44,551 nucleotides of DNA from a virus. Taxonomy: Duplodnaviria; Caudoviricetes. Of this stretch, positions 1-8,433 are shown in pieces. The stretch's first letter is position 1. The number at the start of each line of letters is the position of its first letter. The stretch covers positions 1-44,551 of the IMG/VR virus record IMGVR_UViG_3300005764_000030; one strand, written 5' to 3'. Below the pieces are notes generated by a model that was not told where the DNA came from, did not search any database, and saw nothing but the letters and a program-made list of their open reading frames with translations. A program made the translations under genes and the position numbers.

Positions 1-297
1 TACAATCAAAACGGATTCTACACCCGCATATCCGATCCGCTGTTGCAAGAAATCGAAGCGCCCAATGGATTGATCGTCTGCGGTTATGTCAGTGGTCCGG
101 CACCGGCTGGCGGCTATGGCTGGATGCAAACGCGCGGCTTGGAACAAGACTGGTCGTGCCGCTACATCAAAGGCGACCACGCCGCCGATCTCGACAAGTC
201 GAAGCTCGCAACGAATATCGGCGCGAGCGTCATATCAGGTTGGTATCCCGGCGGCGTGTCCGATCTCGCCGTGCTTATGGTCGAGGCGCTGTACTAA
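1..297 (+). CDS. 3' end of a late gene truncated by the window edge (function unknown)
   Basis: Frame of ORF 43..297 is open back to base 1; the stop is followed 1 nt later by the ATG of the next gene. Confidence 0.6.
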   Translation, partial: YNQNGFYTRISDPLLQEIEAPNGLIVCGYVSGPAPAGGYGWMQTRGLEQDWSCRYIKGDHAADLDKSKLATNIGASVISGWYPGGVSDLAVLMVEALY

Positions 298-298
298 A

Positions 299-673
299 AT
301 GAAGCCGGGCAATCGCATCGCGATTATAATGATCATTGTTTTAGCGATCCTGTTTGCGGTCGCGCTCTATGGTTATTTGACCGGCGCGTGGGATCAGGCC
401 GACGCGCAACAGAACGATCCGGCAATTTACGAAGGCATTCCGGTCGACGCTACGCTACTTCGTCTAGATAGGCAGGCGCTCGAAGAAGCGTATCATGATC
501 AGATAAAGCACCTTTTCACGATCTGGCTTAAAAGCACTCAAGCTGGCGACGTTCAAGCGTTCACCAATGGATTGAAGATCGCGCGTCGAGGATATACGAG
601 CGCAGCGCAGCAGATTGCCAAGCGCGAGCAACAATTGCTTGAATTCGACCGGCGGGTACAGGAGCGCAAATGA
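299..673 (+). CDS. N-terminally membrane-anchored protein in the lysis cassette (possible spanin/accessory lysis protein)
   Basis: MKPGNR followed by hydrophobic IAIIMIIVLAILFAVALYGYL and a helical C-terminus; ATGA overlap with the next gene. Confidence 0.6.
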   Translation: MKPGNRIAIIMIIVLAILFAVALYGYLTGAWDQADAQQNDPAIYEGIPVDATLLRLDRQALEEAYHDQIKHLFTIWLKSTQAGDVQAFTNGLKIARRGYTSAAQQIAKREQQLLEFDRRVQERK

Positions 674-867
674 ATCCCGGTGTCAGTCACGAAGCTGGCG
701 AGACGGCGCGCACAGTTGTCGAGGCGATGAAGTCAACGCCCGCGATGCTCGCGTTGGTGATATTCAATCTATTGTTCCTTGGCATGGTGACGTACATTCA
801 GCACACGAACGGCGAGCGTTGGCAGGAGTTGCTTAAAACGACGCTGCAACAATGCGCGCCAAAATGA
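670..867 (+). CDS. small single-TM protein, holin candidate
   Basis: 65 aa with one TM segment (MLALVIFNLLFLGMVTYI), directly upstream of the endolysin; GGAG RBS. Confidence 0.55.
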   Translation: MNPGVSHEAGETARTVVEAMKSTPAMLALVIFNLLFLGMVTYIQHTNGERWQELLKTTLQQCAPK

Positions 868-877
868 AGGATCGCAA

Positions 878-2479
878 ATGAAAGTTGTCATTAGCGCCGG
901 GCACTCTGAAAAAGTCCGTGGTGCGGCAGGACCAGAGCCATGGGGCTTGGACGAATTCGATCAGAACGTGCGCGTCGTCGAGCGCGTCACGCATTATCTG
1001 CGCAAGGCTGGCGTCGAGACGATCAGCTACGTGGATCGCGTGAGCGATGACAAGGACGAAAATCTAGCTCGACTCGTTGACTTCCATAATTCGCAAGGCG
1101 TTCACGATCTCGACGTGTCGATTCACTTCAATTCGAACGGCACAACCGAGACGGAAGGTCGTGGCACCGAATGCTACGCGATCAGTCAGATGGAGCTTGC
1201 CGAAGATATCGCGGCGAGCATCGCCATGGCGTCGGGGCTCAAGGATCGAGGCGGCAAGGACGGCGGACATCTCTATTTCTGCCGTCATACCGAAGCCGCT
1301 TCGGTGCTGGTTGAAGTGGCCTTCGTGAATTCCAAACCCGACTGCACGCTCTATCAAGATCACTTCGAGGACATCGCAATCGCGATAGCCGAGACAATTT
1401 CTGGCGAGGAAATCGACGAAGATGACGACGACGGCGGCGGCGGCCAACGTCCCGACCGGCCCGAGCGCCCGGATCGTCCCGAGAGCGTTCCGATTGAAGA
1501 TAGGCCGACGCTGCGCAAAGGCGACGAAGGTCAGCACGTCCTCGATATGCAAAGGATGATCCCGCAGTTTAGCGGCGAGTTTGACGGCGACTTCGGGCAG
1601 ACGACCTATGAGAATGTCGTGCGCTATCAGCGCTCGCGCGGTCTTGACGCTGACGGCATCTGCGGGCCGCAGACGTGGGACGCGCTTTATACGCACAAGC
1701 TCCCGATCCCGCCGCCAGCGCCGCCGCCCGGTGCGCTCACGGCCATCGAGCAAGAGGCTATCATGAACATAGCCAACGACTCGGCCATCGCCAACTATAG
1801 TTGGAAGGATCGCGGCGTCGCGCCGACCGGCTGGACGCAGGGCATGGCGTTGGCATTCGCGATGTCATGGAAAAAACTACAAGCCGGGCATCCGGCGCTC
1901 ATCGAAATGTCGAAGGCGCGCACGGACTCCGACAAGGACGCGCTCAATCTTTATCGCGAGGACTTCGACGATCTTGATATGTCCAATGAGAGCGACGGCG
2001 CGGACACGCTGCGGCACCTTTACGCGCTAATGCTCGGCCACGGCATGCGCGAAAGCTCGGGCCAACATTGCTGTGGTCGCGACCAAAGCGCCGACAACGT
2101 GCAGAGTGACACATGCGAAGCCGGGGCTTTTCAAACCAGCTACAACGCGAGCAATGCCAGCGAGCCGGAATTCGATAACCTAATGGACGAATTCTTGGAG
2201 GGCTTGCATCCCGGTTATCTCGACGAATTCAGCGAGGGCGTCTCATGTTCATCCGAAGATTGGGACAACTACGGATCGGGCCGGGGGGAGCAATTTCAAC
2301 GCCTGTGCAAAGAAGAGCCTGCGTTTTCTGCCGAAACATGCGGGCTCACATTGCGAAATTTGTGCAACCACTACGGTCCAATCATCCGCCACGAAACGCA
2401 ACTCCGCGCGGACGCTGACGAAATGTTCGGCACGGTGCAAAGCTTCATGGAGCAAAGCGAAACTCCCGAAGTGGCTTGA
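878..2479 (+). CDS. modular endolysin: N-acetylmuramoyl-L-alanine amidase (Amidase_3) + peptidoglycan-binding domain + extra C-terminal domain
   Basis: Amidase_3 motifs VVISAGH...E, VSIHFNS, SVLVEVAF; PG_binding_1 motif LRKGDEG...DGDFGQTT...YQRSRGLDADGICGPQTWDAL. Confidence 0.9.
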   Translation: MKVVISAGHSEKVRGAAGPEPWGLDEFDQNVRVVERVTHYLRKAGVETISYVDRVSDDKDENLARLVDFHNSQGVHDLDVSIHFNSNGTTETEGRGTECYAISQMELAEDIAASIAMASGLKDRGGKDGGHLYFCRHTEAASVLVEVAFVNSKPDCTLYQDHFEDIAIAIAETISGEEIDEDDDDGGGGQRPDRPERPDRPESVPIEDRPTLRKGDEGQHVLDMQRMIPQFSGEFDGDFGQTTYENVVRYQRSRGLDADGICGPQTWDALYTHKLPIPPPAPPPGALTAIEQEAIMNIANDSAIANYSWKDRGVAPTGWTQGMALAFAMSWKKLQAGHPALIEMSKARTDSDKDALNLYREDFDDLDMSNESDGADTLRHLYALMLGHGMRESSGQHCCGRDQSADNVQSDTCEAGAFQTSYNASNASEPEFDNLMDEFLEGLHPGYLDEFSEGVSCSSEDWDNYGSGRGEQFQRLCKEEPAFSAETCGLTLRNLCNHYGPIIRHETQLRADADEMFGTVQSFMEQSETPEVA

Positions 2480-2601
2480 AACTTCCCCCGCTATTCACAG
2501 TCTATAAAAAACTTCATCGCTCTGAGACAAAACTGTGCTTGACTGTTCGAGTCGCGACTTACTTCCCCTTCAAATCCATGGACAAAGAGAGGAGTCGTTA
2601 C

Positions 2602-3207
2602 ATGCCTACGCATCTTGCGTTGATTACGATCATCGATCCGGGGCTGAGCGTCGGCTATCCGCTGCCGCCCGCGCCACCGCTCGGAACGTGGGGCGGTGTT
2701 GCACCGCCGTATCCCGCGCATCCGATTGCGCCCGGCGGACCACCGCCGAGCATCTGGCCGTCGCCGGGTGTTCCAACGCACCCGATCTATCTTCCGCCCG
2801 GAATTTGGGGCGGCGGAAACCAGCCGTTTCCCACGCCGCCCATTGCGCCCGGTGGTCCGCCGCTCGGAACGTGGGGCGGCGTTGCACCGCCCTATCCGGC
2901 ACACCCGATTGCGCCCGGCGGACCACCGCCCGGAATTTGGGGTGGCGGCAACGTGCCGATGCCCAATCCGCCCATCTATCTTCCACCGGGAACCATCCCC
3001 GGTGTACCGGAGCATCCGATCTATATTCCGCCGGGCAGCGGAGTGCCGGGTGTACCGACGCATCCAATCGTGATTCCGCCGGAACCCGAGAAGCCGCAAG
3101 TGTTGGAGAATTGGGACGTGAAAACCTACTGGTCGCCAGCGACCGGATGGGGAGTGGCGGTTGTGCCGTCAGAGACTCATCCCGGCACGCCGACGCCTTC
3201 ACGATGA
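2602..3207 (+). CDS. proline/glycine-rich repeat protein
   Basis: Strong RBS GAGAGGAG before ATG 2602; repeated PPxGxWGG and HPIxxPPG units. Confidence 0.75.
   Translation: MPTHLALITIIDPGLSVGYPLPPAPPLGTWGGVAPPYPAHPIAPGGPPPSIWPSPGVPTHPIYLPPGIWGGGNQPFPTPPIAPGGPPLGTWGGVAPPYPAHPIAPGGPPPGIWGGGNVPMPNPPIYLPPGTIPGVPEHPIYIPPGSGVPGVPTHPIVIPPEPEKPQVLENWDVKTYWSPATGWGVAVVPSETHPGTPTPSR
2677..2930 (+). repeat. in-frame direct repeat of about 70 bp (PLGTWGGVAPPYPAHPIAPGGPPP x2), 183 bp apart
   Basis: ccgctcggaacgtggggcgg... starts at 2677 and 2860 with synonymous differences. Confidence 0.9.
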
Positions 3208-3258
3208 AGGGATAGATTAGTCAGTAGGTGGCAAAGCTAACCGCTGAAACTATTTTCG

Positions 3259-3297
3259 AGGGCGCGGCACCGTCACTCGGCCGCGCCCTATTTTTTT
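3259..3297 (+). terminator. intrinsic terminator ending the lysis transcript
   Basis: agggcgcggc-loop-gccgcgccct followed by A and T7. Confidence 0.8.
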
Positions 3298-3632
3298 GCG
3301 CCGTGCGCTTCGAGCACGTCGTTCCAACTCTCATAAGCTTCGTGTTCGGGATCGAGCGCCGAAAAATCCACGCCCGCCATGCGCTCGGCAATTTGCATGA
3401 TCGTGTTCGTCTCGCCCTCGCGCCAGAGCACCGCCATCAAGCCCGCGCATTGCTGCGGCCGGTTGCCTTGGCGTTTGTGCGGATCGTCGAAGTTGTCGTA
3501 ATCGACGGTCTTATGGCATTGAAAAGCTTCCTGCCGCTTGATCTCGCGCAGCCGCAAACGCGAGAGCATGAAGCGCTCGCCCTGTCCTTTGCGGAACGGG
3601 CAATTGTTGCACGGGCGCGTGAGATCGAACAT
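3288..3632 (-). CDS. Cys/His-rich phage protein (CxxCPF...CHK...CAG; DUF6283-like)
   Basis: RPCNNCPFRK, FQCHKT and QCAGL motifs. Confidence 0.7.
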   Translation of the reverse strand: MFDLTRPCNNCPFRKGQGERFMLSRLRLREIKRQEAFQCHKTVDYDNFDDPHKRQGNRPQQCAGLMAVLWREGETNTIMQIAERMAGVDFSALDPEHEAYESWNDVLEAHGAKK

Positions 3633-3652
3633 TTCGCGCGCCCTATTTTTTT
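3613..3652 (+). terminator. second plus-strand intrinsic terminator
   Basis: gggcgcgtgagat-loop-atttcgcgcgccc followed by TA and T7. Confidence 0.65.
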
Positions 3653-4107
3653 GCGCCGGTCAGCGCGTCCACGGCTTGCGTCGCCATTCGCTTGGCTATG
3701 TCTGCGTCCGGCGGATCAGGCCAAGTCCAAAACACAACGTCGTTGATCTTCACTTGCGGTCGCTCGACGTGGCCAGCCGCAATGGCATTCTCGACTTGCT
3801 CGTCGTTGCCGTAAAAAACGACCGGCGGCATTTCCCCCAAATCCATGCTCTCGCCTTCGCCGTCGAACTCATAGAGTACCGCGCTTCCGGCGATCAGGAT
3901 GCGGCCGATGGAGCAATAGCGCTGGTCAGGCACGAACATGCCAAACTCATAGACGAAGTAGCCAAGCCCGCCGCTCTTGTCGCGCACGATCAAGCCGTGG
4001 TCGGTCTGTCCGGCGACGATGCCGACTTCCTTGCCTGCGGTGTACCAATCAGGCGCGTCGATAATCTCTGCGCGCGCGCTGCGCGGGTCGATGATTCCGA
4101 ATTTCAT
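3643..4107 (-). CDS. hypothetical protein
   Basis: 154-aa ORF with ATGA coupling to the upstream gene. Confidence 0.75.
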   Translation of the reverse strand: MKFGIIDPRSARAEIIDAPDWYTAGKEVGIVAGQTDHGLIVRDKSGGLGYFVYEFGMFVPDQRYCSIGRILIAGSAVLYEFDGEGESMDLGEMPPVVFYGNDEQVENAIAAGHVERPQVKINDVVFWTWPDPPDADIAKRMATQAVDALTGAKK

Positions 4108-4325
4108 AGCCACGTCTCCATTATTTTGGGATCGTCGCCGTCGAAGCGGCCGACGTTGACGAGTCCCATAGGCAACGCCTTGCGTATAGCGTCGAGCGTC
4201 GGCGCGAGCATCACGTTATCAGTCATGGTCACCTTGCCCGCCTCGATCAGCCAGAGCCGCGCGACGAAGCTCTCCGGGTAGTCGAGCGGCCCGTCGTAAA
4301 TCACCCACATTTCGAGCGCGGCCAT
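4104..4325 (-). CDS. hypothetical phage protein (WVIYDGPLDYPESFVAR)
   Basis: Compact ORF abutting both neighbours. Confidence 0.75.
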   Translation of the reverse strand: MAALEMWVIYDGPLDYPESFVARLWLIEAGKVTMTDNVMLAPTLDAIRKALPMGLVNVGRFDGDDPKIMETWL

Positions 4326-4676
4326 TCAGCAATTCCAGTTGCCAGTGATCAGGTAGCGGCAGCGCATGAAGCCTAGCCAGCGGTCCTCAAAGTCTCCTGG
4401 CGCAATCGGTCGCACTTGGATAGTTTGAAAGGCGGGAGGGAGTCCGTCACGTGATTGCGGCGGTGTCGCAACGGACTCCGCTCCCTTCCCCTCCGGTGGC
4501 TCATCTTGCGAGGATACACACCACCGAAGCTCATCTTTCGGCTTACCCGGCCGCCCTGCGTACCAGCACGGGCGGCTATTTTTTTCTCTCCACGACCAAT
4601 ACTCGCGCGCGTTGCTCGGCTTGCGCGGCTGGCAGCACACGATGCCCGCCGGGGGCGTCATGTCCGCGCAGATCAT
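4326..4676 (-). CDS. Cys/Trp-rich hypothetical protein
   Basis: Fills the gap exactly; ATGA overlap with 4673..5254. Confidence 0.55.
   Translation of the reverse strand: MICADMTPPAGIVCCQPRKPSNAREYWSWREKNSRPCWYAGRPGKPKDELRWCVSSQDEPPEGKGAESVATPPQSRDGLPPAFQTIQVRPIAPGDFEDRWLGFMRCRYLITGNWNC
4550..4585 (+). terminator. third plus-strand intrinsic terminator, inside a minus-strand ORF
   Basis: gccgccc...gggcggc followed by TA and T7. Confidence 0.6.
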
Positions 4677-5254
4677 GTCGCGATCTCTCGCGCTCGCTTG
4701 ATGCCGTCGAAAAGCTCTTTGGCGGAACGCGTCGGAAGCGGCGTGCCGTTGCGCTTTTCGTGCCACTCGCCATCGCTTGACATGCTCGGCGGGAACAGCA
4801 CGAATGCGGTGTCACTGTTGTAGCGAATAATTGCGGCGACGTTTTTCTTGCCAAGCTCGTTGAGATAGTCGCGCAATGCCGGGTCTTCGTGCGCGTCGGG
4901 ATACTTTGGATCAATCCAAATCTGAACGACTTCGATTGGCGCTCCCTTGTCTGGATCGTCATCGAATACCGTGACGTAATCTGGCATCACGTCGAGCACA
5001 TAATGCGAGCGATCCGGGCGGCGTAGGTTCTCGGTGCCGTCACCGACAAGCCATCGGCAATTCCACAACGCGCAGCACGCGGGAAATCCGGGCTTGCGAT
5101 AAACCGCGCAGCCCTTACCCGTGCGCTGGTGGCGGCAGCGCTCCCCTGCGGCCTTGTGCCAACTTCCCGGCATATCGACGCCATTAACTTGCGCGCCGTG
5201 ATGCACGGGCACAAGCTTGCAACAGAGCGTGCAGCCGCCGCATTCTCGCGTCAT
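4673..5254 (-). CDS. CxxCxxCC (YkgJ-like) cysteine-cluster protein
   Basis: RECGGCTLCCK...CRHQ...GCAVY..KP..CA.WNCRWL. Confidence 0.75.
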   Translation of the reverse strand: MTRECGGCTLCCKLVPVHHGAQVNGVDMPGSWHKAAGERCRHQRTGKGCAVYRKPGFPACCALWNCRWLVGDGTENLRRPDRSHYVLDVMPDYVTVFDDDPDKGAPIEVVQIWIDPKYPDAHEDPALRDYLNELGKKNVAAIIRYNSDTAFVLFPPSMSSDGEWHEKRNGTPLPTRSAKELFDGIKRAREIAT

Positions 5255-5255
5255 G

Positions 5256-5468
5256 TCATTGTTTCTTTTCATCGGAAAGAGCGTCCGCAAGCCCGGTGAG
5301 TATCTTGTCGGCGTTGCGCCAGCGAAAGACCGCGCCCGGATCGTCGCGCTCGTAAGTCTCGGCCCATTTCCGGCACATGGCCGCCAGCATGCGCAGCATC
5401 CCGATTAACCCGTGGTCGCGCAAAAGCTCGCTGAATTTCTCGCGGTCCTGTTCTGATATTTCGGTCAT
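5256..5468 (-). CDS. hypothetical protein
   Basis: ATGA-coupled 70-aa ORF (MTEISEQDREKF). Confidence 0.65.
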   Translation of the reverse strand: MTEISEQDREKFSELLRDHGLIGMLRMLAAMCRKWAETYERDDPGAVFRWRNADKILTGLADALSDEKKQ

Positions 5469-5794
5469 CGCCGGTCGAGCCTCGCTTTGATATTCCGCAG
5501 CCAGCGCGCGTGCTCGGGCGTCGGCACCGCGTCTTCGTGCAGAGTGAGCCGGTTGATGACGTTGCGGATGAAACGCTTTTCGTCGTCGTCGAGTCGGTCT
5601 TGCTGTTGCTCGATAGCGGTGACGATTCGCCACCACTCGGTTGGCGTCTCGCCGCGTAGCTCGCGCACGAAAAAACCGATGGCGACCGCTATCGCCAAAA
5701 TGAGTAGCGCCCAACGGATCACCACAAACCAACTTGTGCGCAAGTGGCCGCGTAGCTCATCGTCCGGCGGACGCTTGCGGCTGTATTCGTTCAT
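5465..5794 (-). CDS. single-TM hypothetical protein
   Basis: TM segment WALLILAIAVAIGFFV; coupled overlaps at both ends. Confidence 0.7.
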   Translation of the reverse strand: MNEYSRKRPPDDELRGHLRTSWFVVIRWALLILAIAVAIGFFVRELRGETPTEWWRIVTAIEQQQDRLDDDEKRFIRNVINRLTLHEDAVPTPEHARWLRNIKARLDRR

Positions 5795-6075
5795 CGCCCG
5801 CGCCTTCCAAACGGATCGCTGCCGTTGATAGTTTGCGGGTTGCTCGGCGTGCCTTGCCGCGTCACAGTGCCTTGATAGAATCCGTTACGATCCGTGAACG
5901 TCGTCGTGTTGCCGCGCGTGACAGAGCTTCCAGCGAAGTGGCCATCTTTGTCGGTGAACGTCGTGCGTTCCTCCGCGTGCGCTGCAATGATCCGCAGCGA
6001 GAACACGATGGCGAAGGCGAGCGCCAGCGCGATCAGCGCTTCGAGCGCAACGACGGAAGCTTTGTGTTTGGTCAT
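5791..6075 (-). CDS. putative exported small protein with TTFTD repeats
   Basis: Signal-like N-terminus ending AAHA; TTFTDKDGHF and TTFTDRNGFY repeats. Confidence 0.7.
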   Translation of the reverse strand: MTKHKASVVALEALIALALAFAIVFSLRIIAAHAEERTTFTDKDGHFAGSSVTRGNTTTFTDRNGFYQGTVTRQGTPSNPQTINGSDPFGRRGR

Positions 6076-6244
6076 CGGCGTTTCCTCCTGCGTCCGCGCT
6101 TGTGCCGGTCTTGGCTCATCGTCACGGCGACCGTCGAGCGTTTGAGCTTTATCGCTTGCCCGACAAACTTGGCCGCGTCGTCGCCAAGGTTGCGCCTGAC
6201 GACACGAACGATCTCGACTCTACTGACTGTCATTTCAGACTCCT

Positions 6245-6916
6245 TCACATGCAAACCGACAGCGGCACGCCCGCTGTCACTGACCACGTATAGGTCGGCG
6301 CGAGCGAGCAAGCGGCGGCGACCAGCAACCAATCGCCGCGCCGGTCCAGGGGAAAGATTGGCACGCCATTGGCCAAGGAACCGGTGACCGGCCCATTGGG
6401 CGCGGCCCGGACGTTGGCCCCGTCCGCGAGCACCGCGACGACGGTCGTCCGGCATACCGGCGGGTCGGCGCACGCCGTCAGTGGGCCATAAATCCAGCCT
6501 AGAGGGGGCGGCGGGACCGGGGCGGGCACTTCGACCACGGGCGGGGAAACCGGCGCATAGGCGAGCGGCGGCGGGGCAACGGGAAGGGCTTCGCCGCGCT
6601 CGGCCGCTTGTGCAGCCCGAGCCGGGGCATACGGGTCCGGCAGCGGCGGGGCGACAAAGCCGGGCTGGATTCGCCACGGGGCATAGGGCCAATTCCAGAG
6701 CCATTGCGCTTGCGCTGGCGTCGCGACGGCGAGCGCGAGCGCCATTGCGGCGACCGCGAGTTGCGTTCGATTTTTGACGTGGAGCTTGCGGAAGATATTG
6801 ACAAGGTGAACCTTCACGGTGCCTTCGGTAACGCCAAGCTCGCGCGCGATTTCTTTGTTTGAGAGCGCGATCAATTCCACAACATCGCGCTCGCGGTCAG
6901 TCAGGTGATTGCTCAT
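6245..6916 (-). CDS. LuxR-type HTH fused to a signal-peptide-like segment, Pro-rich linker and SH3b-like domain
   Basis: LTDRERDVVELIALSNKEIARELGVTEGTVKVHLVNIFRKLHVKNRTQL; then ALALAVATPAQA; then ANVRAAPNGPVTGSLANG...RRGDWLLV. Confidence 0.75.
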   Translation of the reverse strand: MSNHLTDRERDVVELIALSNKEIARELGVTEGTVKVHLVNIFRKLHVKNRTQLAVAAMALALAVATPAQAQWLWNWPYAPWRIQPGFVAPPLPDPYAPARAAQAAERGEALPVAPPPLAYAPVSPPVVEVPAPVPPPPLGWIYGPLTACADPPVCRTTVVAVLADGANVRAAPNGPVTGSLANGVPIFPLDRRGDWLLVAAACSLAPTYTWSVTAGVPLSVCM

Positions 6917-7281
6917 TGGCCGTTCTCCCGTGCGGCCAGCGTGAGCCCGAAGTCGGACAGGCGCACTTTGACTTCATCGAGCGACCGCCTGCCGAAGTTG
7001 GGCTCGCGCAAAAGCTCGAATGGTTTTTTCTTGAGCAAGTCGCCAACCGTCTCAATCTTCGCGTGGTGCAGCGCGTTCGTTGTCCGCGCGCTTAGCTCCA
7101 AGAGGGCGAGCGATTGTTGCTCTATAGGTTCGTCGCTGTCATGGCCCTCCATCCGTTTGAGCCGCGCGAGCAACGTCCGTTTTTCTTTCAATTGATCGTC
7201 GGACAACTCCACGTCCATCGAGAGCGCCCATTTCAGGTGGTCAAGCTCGGTTTCGTTGACCAATAGCTTAATCGTTTTCAT
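6913..7281 (-). CDS. protein with an RNA polymerase alpha-subunit CTD-like domain
   Basis: LELSARTTNALHHAKIETVGDLL...ELLREPNFGRRSLDEVK matches the alpha-CTD pattern (LSVRSxNCL...PNFGRKSLxEI). Confidence 0.85.
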   Translation of the reverse strand: MKTIKLLVNETELDHLKWALSMDVELSDDQLKEKRTLLARLKRMEGHDSDEPIEQQSLALLELSARTTNALHHAKIETVGDLLKKKPFELLREPNFGRRSLDEVKVRLSDFGLTLAARENGQ

Positions 7282-7562
7282 GACCGCACCGCCTTCGCTT
7301 TTTGCTTCGCGTTCTCCGCAATGTCCTTGCGTGCTTGTGCGAGCAAAGTCTTGAACGCATCAACGAAGTCGTCGTCGCACTTCTGCGGCATGTGGCGCAC
7401 GATCCGCCATACCAGCGCGTAAAGAAGATTTTGGATGATGGCTTCGAACGCCGCAAACTTGCGCATCCGCCCCATCTCGAACAAAGCTTCGCTGTCGCTT
7501 ATCCATTGCTGTAGCTTTTCGCGGAGACGGTTTGCCAAATCCGCTTCCATCTGTTTGCTCAT
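7278..7562 (-). CDS. hypothetical protein
   Basis: 94-aa ORF with GAGGAG RBS; coupled to the downstream gene. Confidence 0.7.
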   Translation of the reverse strand: MSKQMEADLANRLREKLQQWISDSEALFEMGRMRKFAAFEAIIQNLLYALVWRIVRHMPQKCDDDFVDAFKTLLAQARKDIAENAKQKAKAVRS

Positions 7563-7575
7563 TTTTCGACTCCTC

Positions 7576-7782
7576 TTATATCCGGCTCGCGTACTGCCGA
7601 AGCTCTTGCAAATCCTCGAATGCCCGCTCGTATGCTCCCAAGCCTTCCTTGCACAGCCGCAGGAGGGCTTTTTTGCTTGGGCTATCCTCTAGCGTTTCGA
7701 TCAGTCCTTGCATGACCGAAAGCGTCGCTGAGATTTTGCTGAGATCGACGCCCAAAGCTGTGCTTGTCGAAGCTTCTTTCAT
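7576..7782 (-). CDS. hypothetical protein
   Basis: ATGA-coupled ORF MKEASTSTALG. Confidence 0.6.
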   Translation of the reverse strand: MKEASTSTALGVDLSKISATLSVMQGLIETLEDSPSKKALLRLCKEGLGAYERAFEDLQELRQYASRI

Positions 7783-8069
7783 TGCGTGCTCCAAATCACC
7801 GTGATCCCTACGGCTTCGAAGTGCCGCTTGATATTCGCGTATTCGCGCTTTTGCTGCACGTCGAGTTGTTCGGCGTTGATTGGCATGTTGGGATCGTGCG
7901 GCATGCGTGCGGTCAATACGAGTGTTCTGCCGCGCCTCTGAAATATCAAACCGCTGCGCTTGACGGCCCACGTGCCGCCGTCTTTCATTCGCGCAAAGTG
8001 ATCGCGCGACCAATCGGTCATGGCGTCCTCAACAGGATCGTCGAAGATGACGTGGAATTCGTCGGTCAC
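7779..8069 (-). CDS. hypothetical protein
   Basis: 96-aa ORF, GTGA coupling. Confidence 0.7.
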   Translation of the reverse strand: MTDEFHVIFDDPVEDAMTDWSRDHFARMKDGGTWAVKRSGLIFQRRGRTLVLTARMPHDPNMPINAEQLDVQQKREYANIKRHFEAVGITVIWSTQ

Positions 8070-8248
8070 GGCGTCTCCCCTTTCTCTTTGATCTCGCGCA
8101 GCGCTTCGCGAGCCTGTCGTCGCGTGACGAAGGTCGCGACCTTGTTGCCATTGCGAAAGATATGCCAGCGAATGACAACCTTGCGCCTGCCGCGCTCGGG
8201 CTCGGGCTTGACGGGTTGGATTTCAGATTCGATTCGGTAGGTACTCAC
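8066..8248 (-). CDS. small basic hypothetical protein
   Basis: 60-aa ORF coupled at both ends. Confidence 0.6.
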   Translation of the reverse strand: MSTYRIESEIQPVKPEPERGRRKVVIRWHIFRNGNKVATFVTRRQAREALREIKEKGETP

Positions 8249-8433
8249 TTGTGCTTCTCCCGGTGATGCTCGTCGAGTATGCGCAGAATCGCGAGCCGCA
8301 ATGGCTCGGGCGTCACGCGATCCTTTTTCTCGTAGCGGGCAATCGACCGGCGAGACATGCCGAGCCGCTTGCCAAATTCGGTTTGCGATAGCCCAAGCTT
8401 CTCACGCGCCTCGCGCACAGATTCGCCGTTCAT
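8245..8433 (-). CDS. XRE-family HTH protein
   Basis: VREAREKLGLSQTEFGKRLGMSRRSIARYE; start at MNGES with ATGA coupling. Confidence 0.85.
   Translation of the reverse strand: MNGESVREAREKLGLSQTEFGKRLGMSRRSIARYEKKDRVTPEPLRLAILRILDEHHREKHK

Noticed and set aside
2476-2601. TTG-start N-terminal extension of the Pro-rich ORF
   Set aside because: The strong RBS precedes ATG 2602, and the extension is AT-rich and looks intergenic
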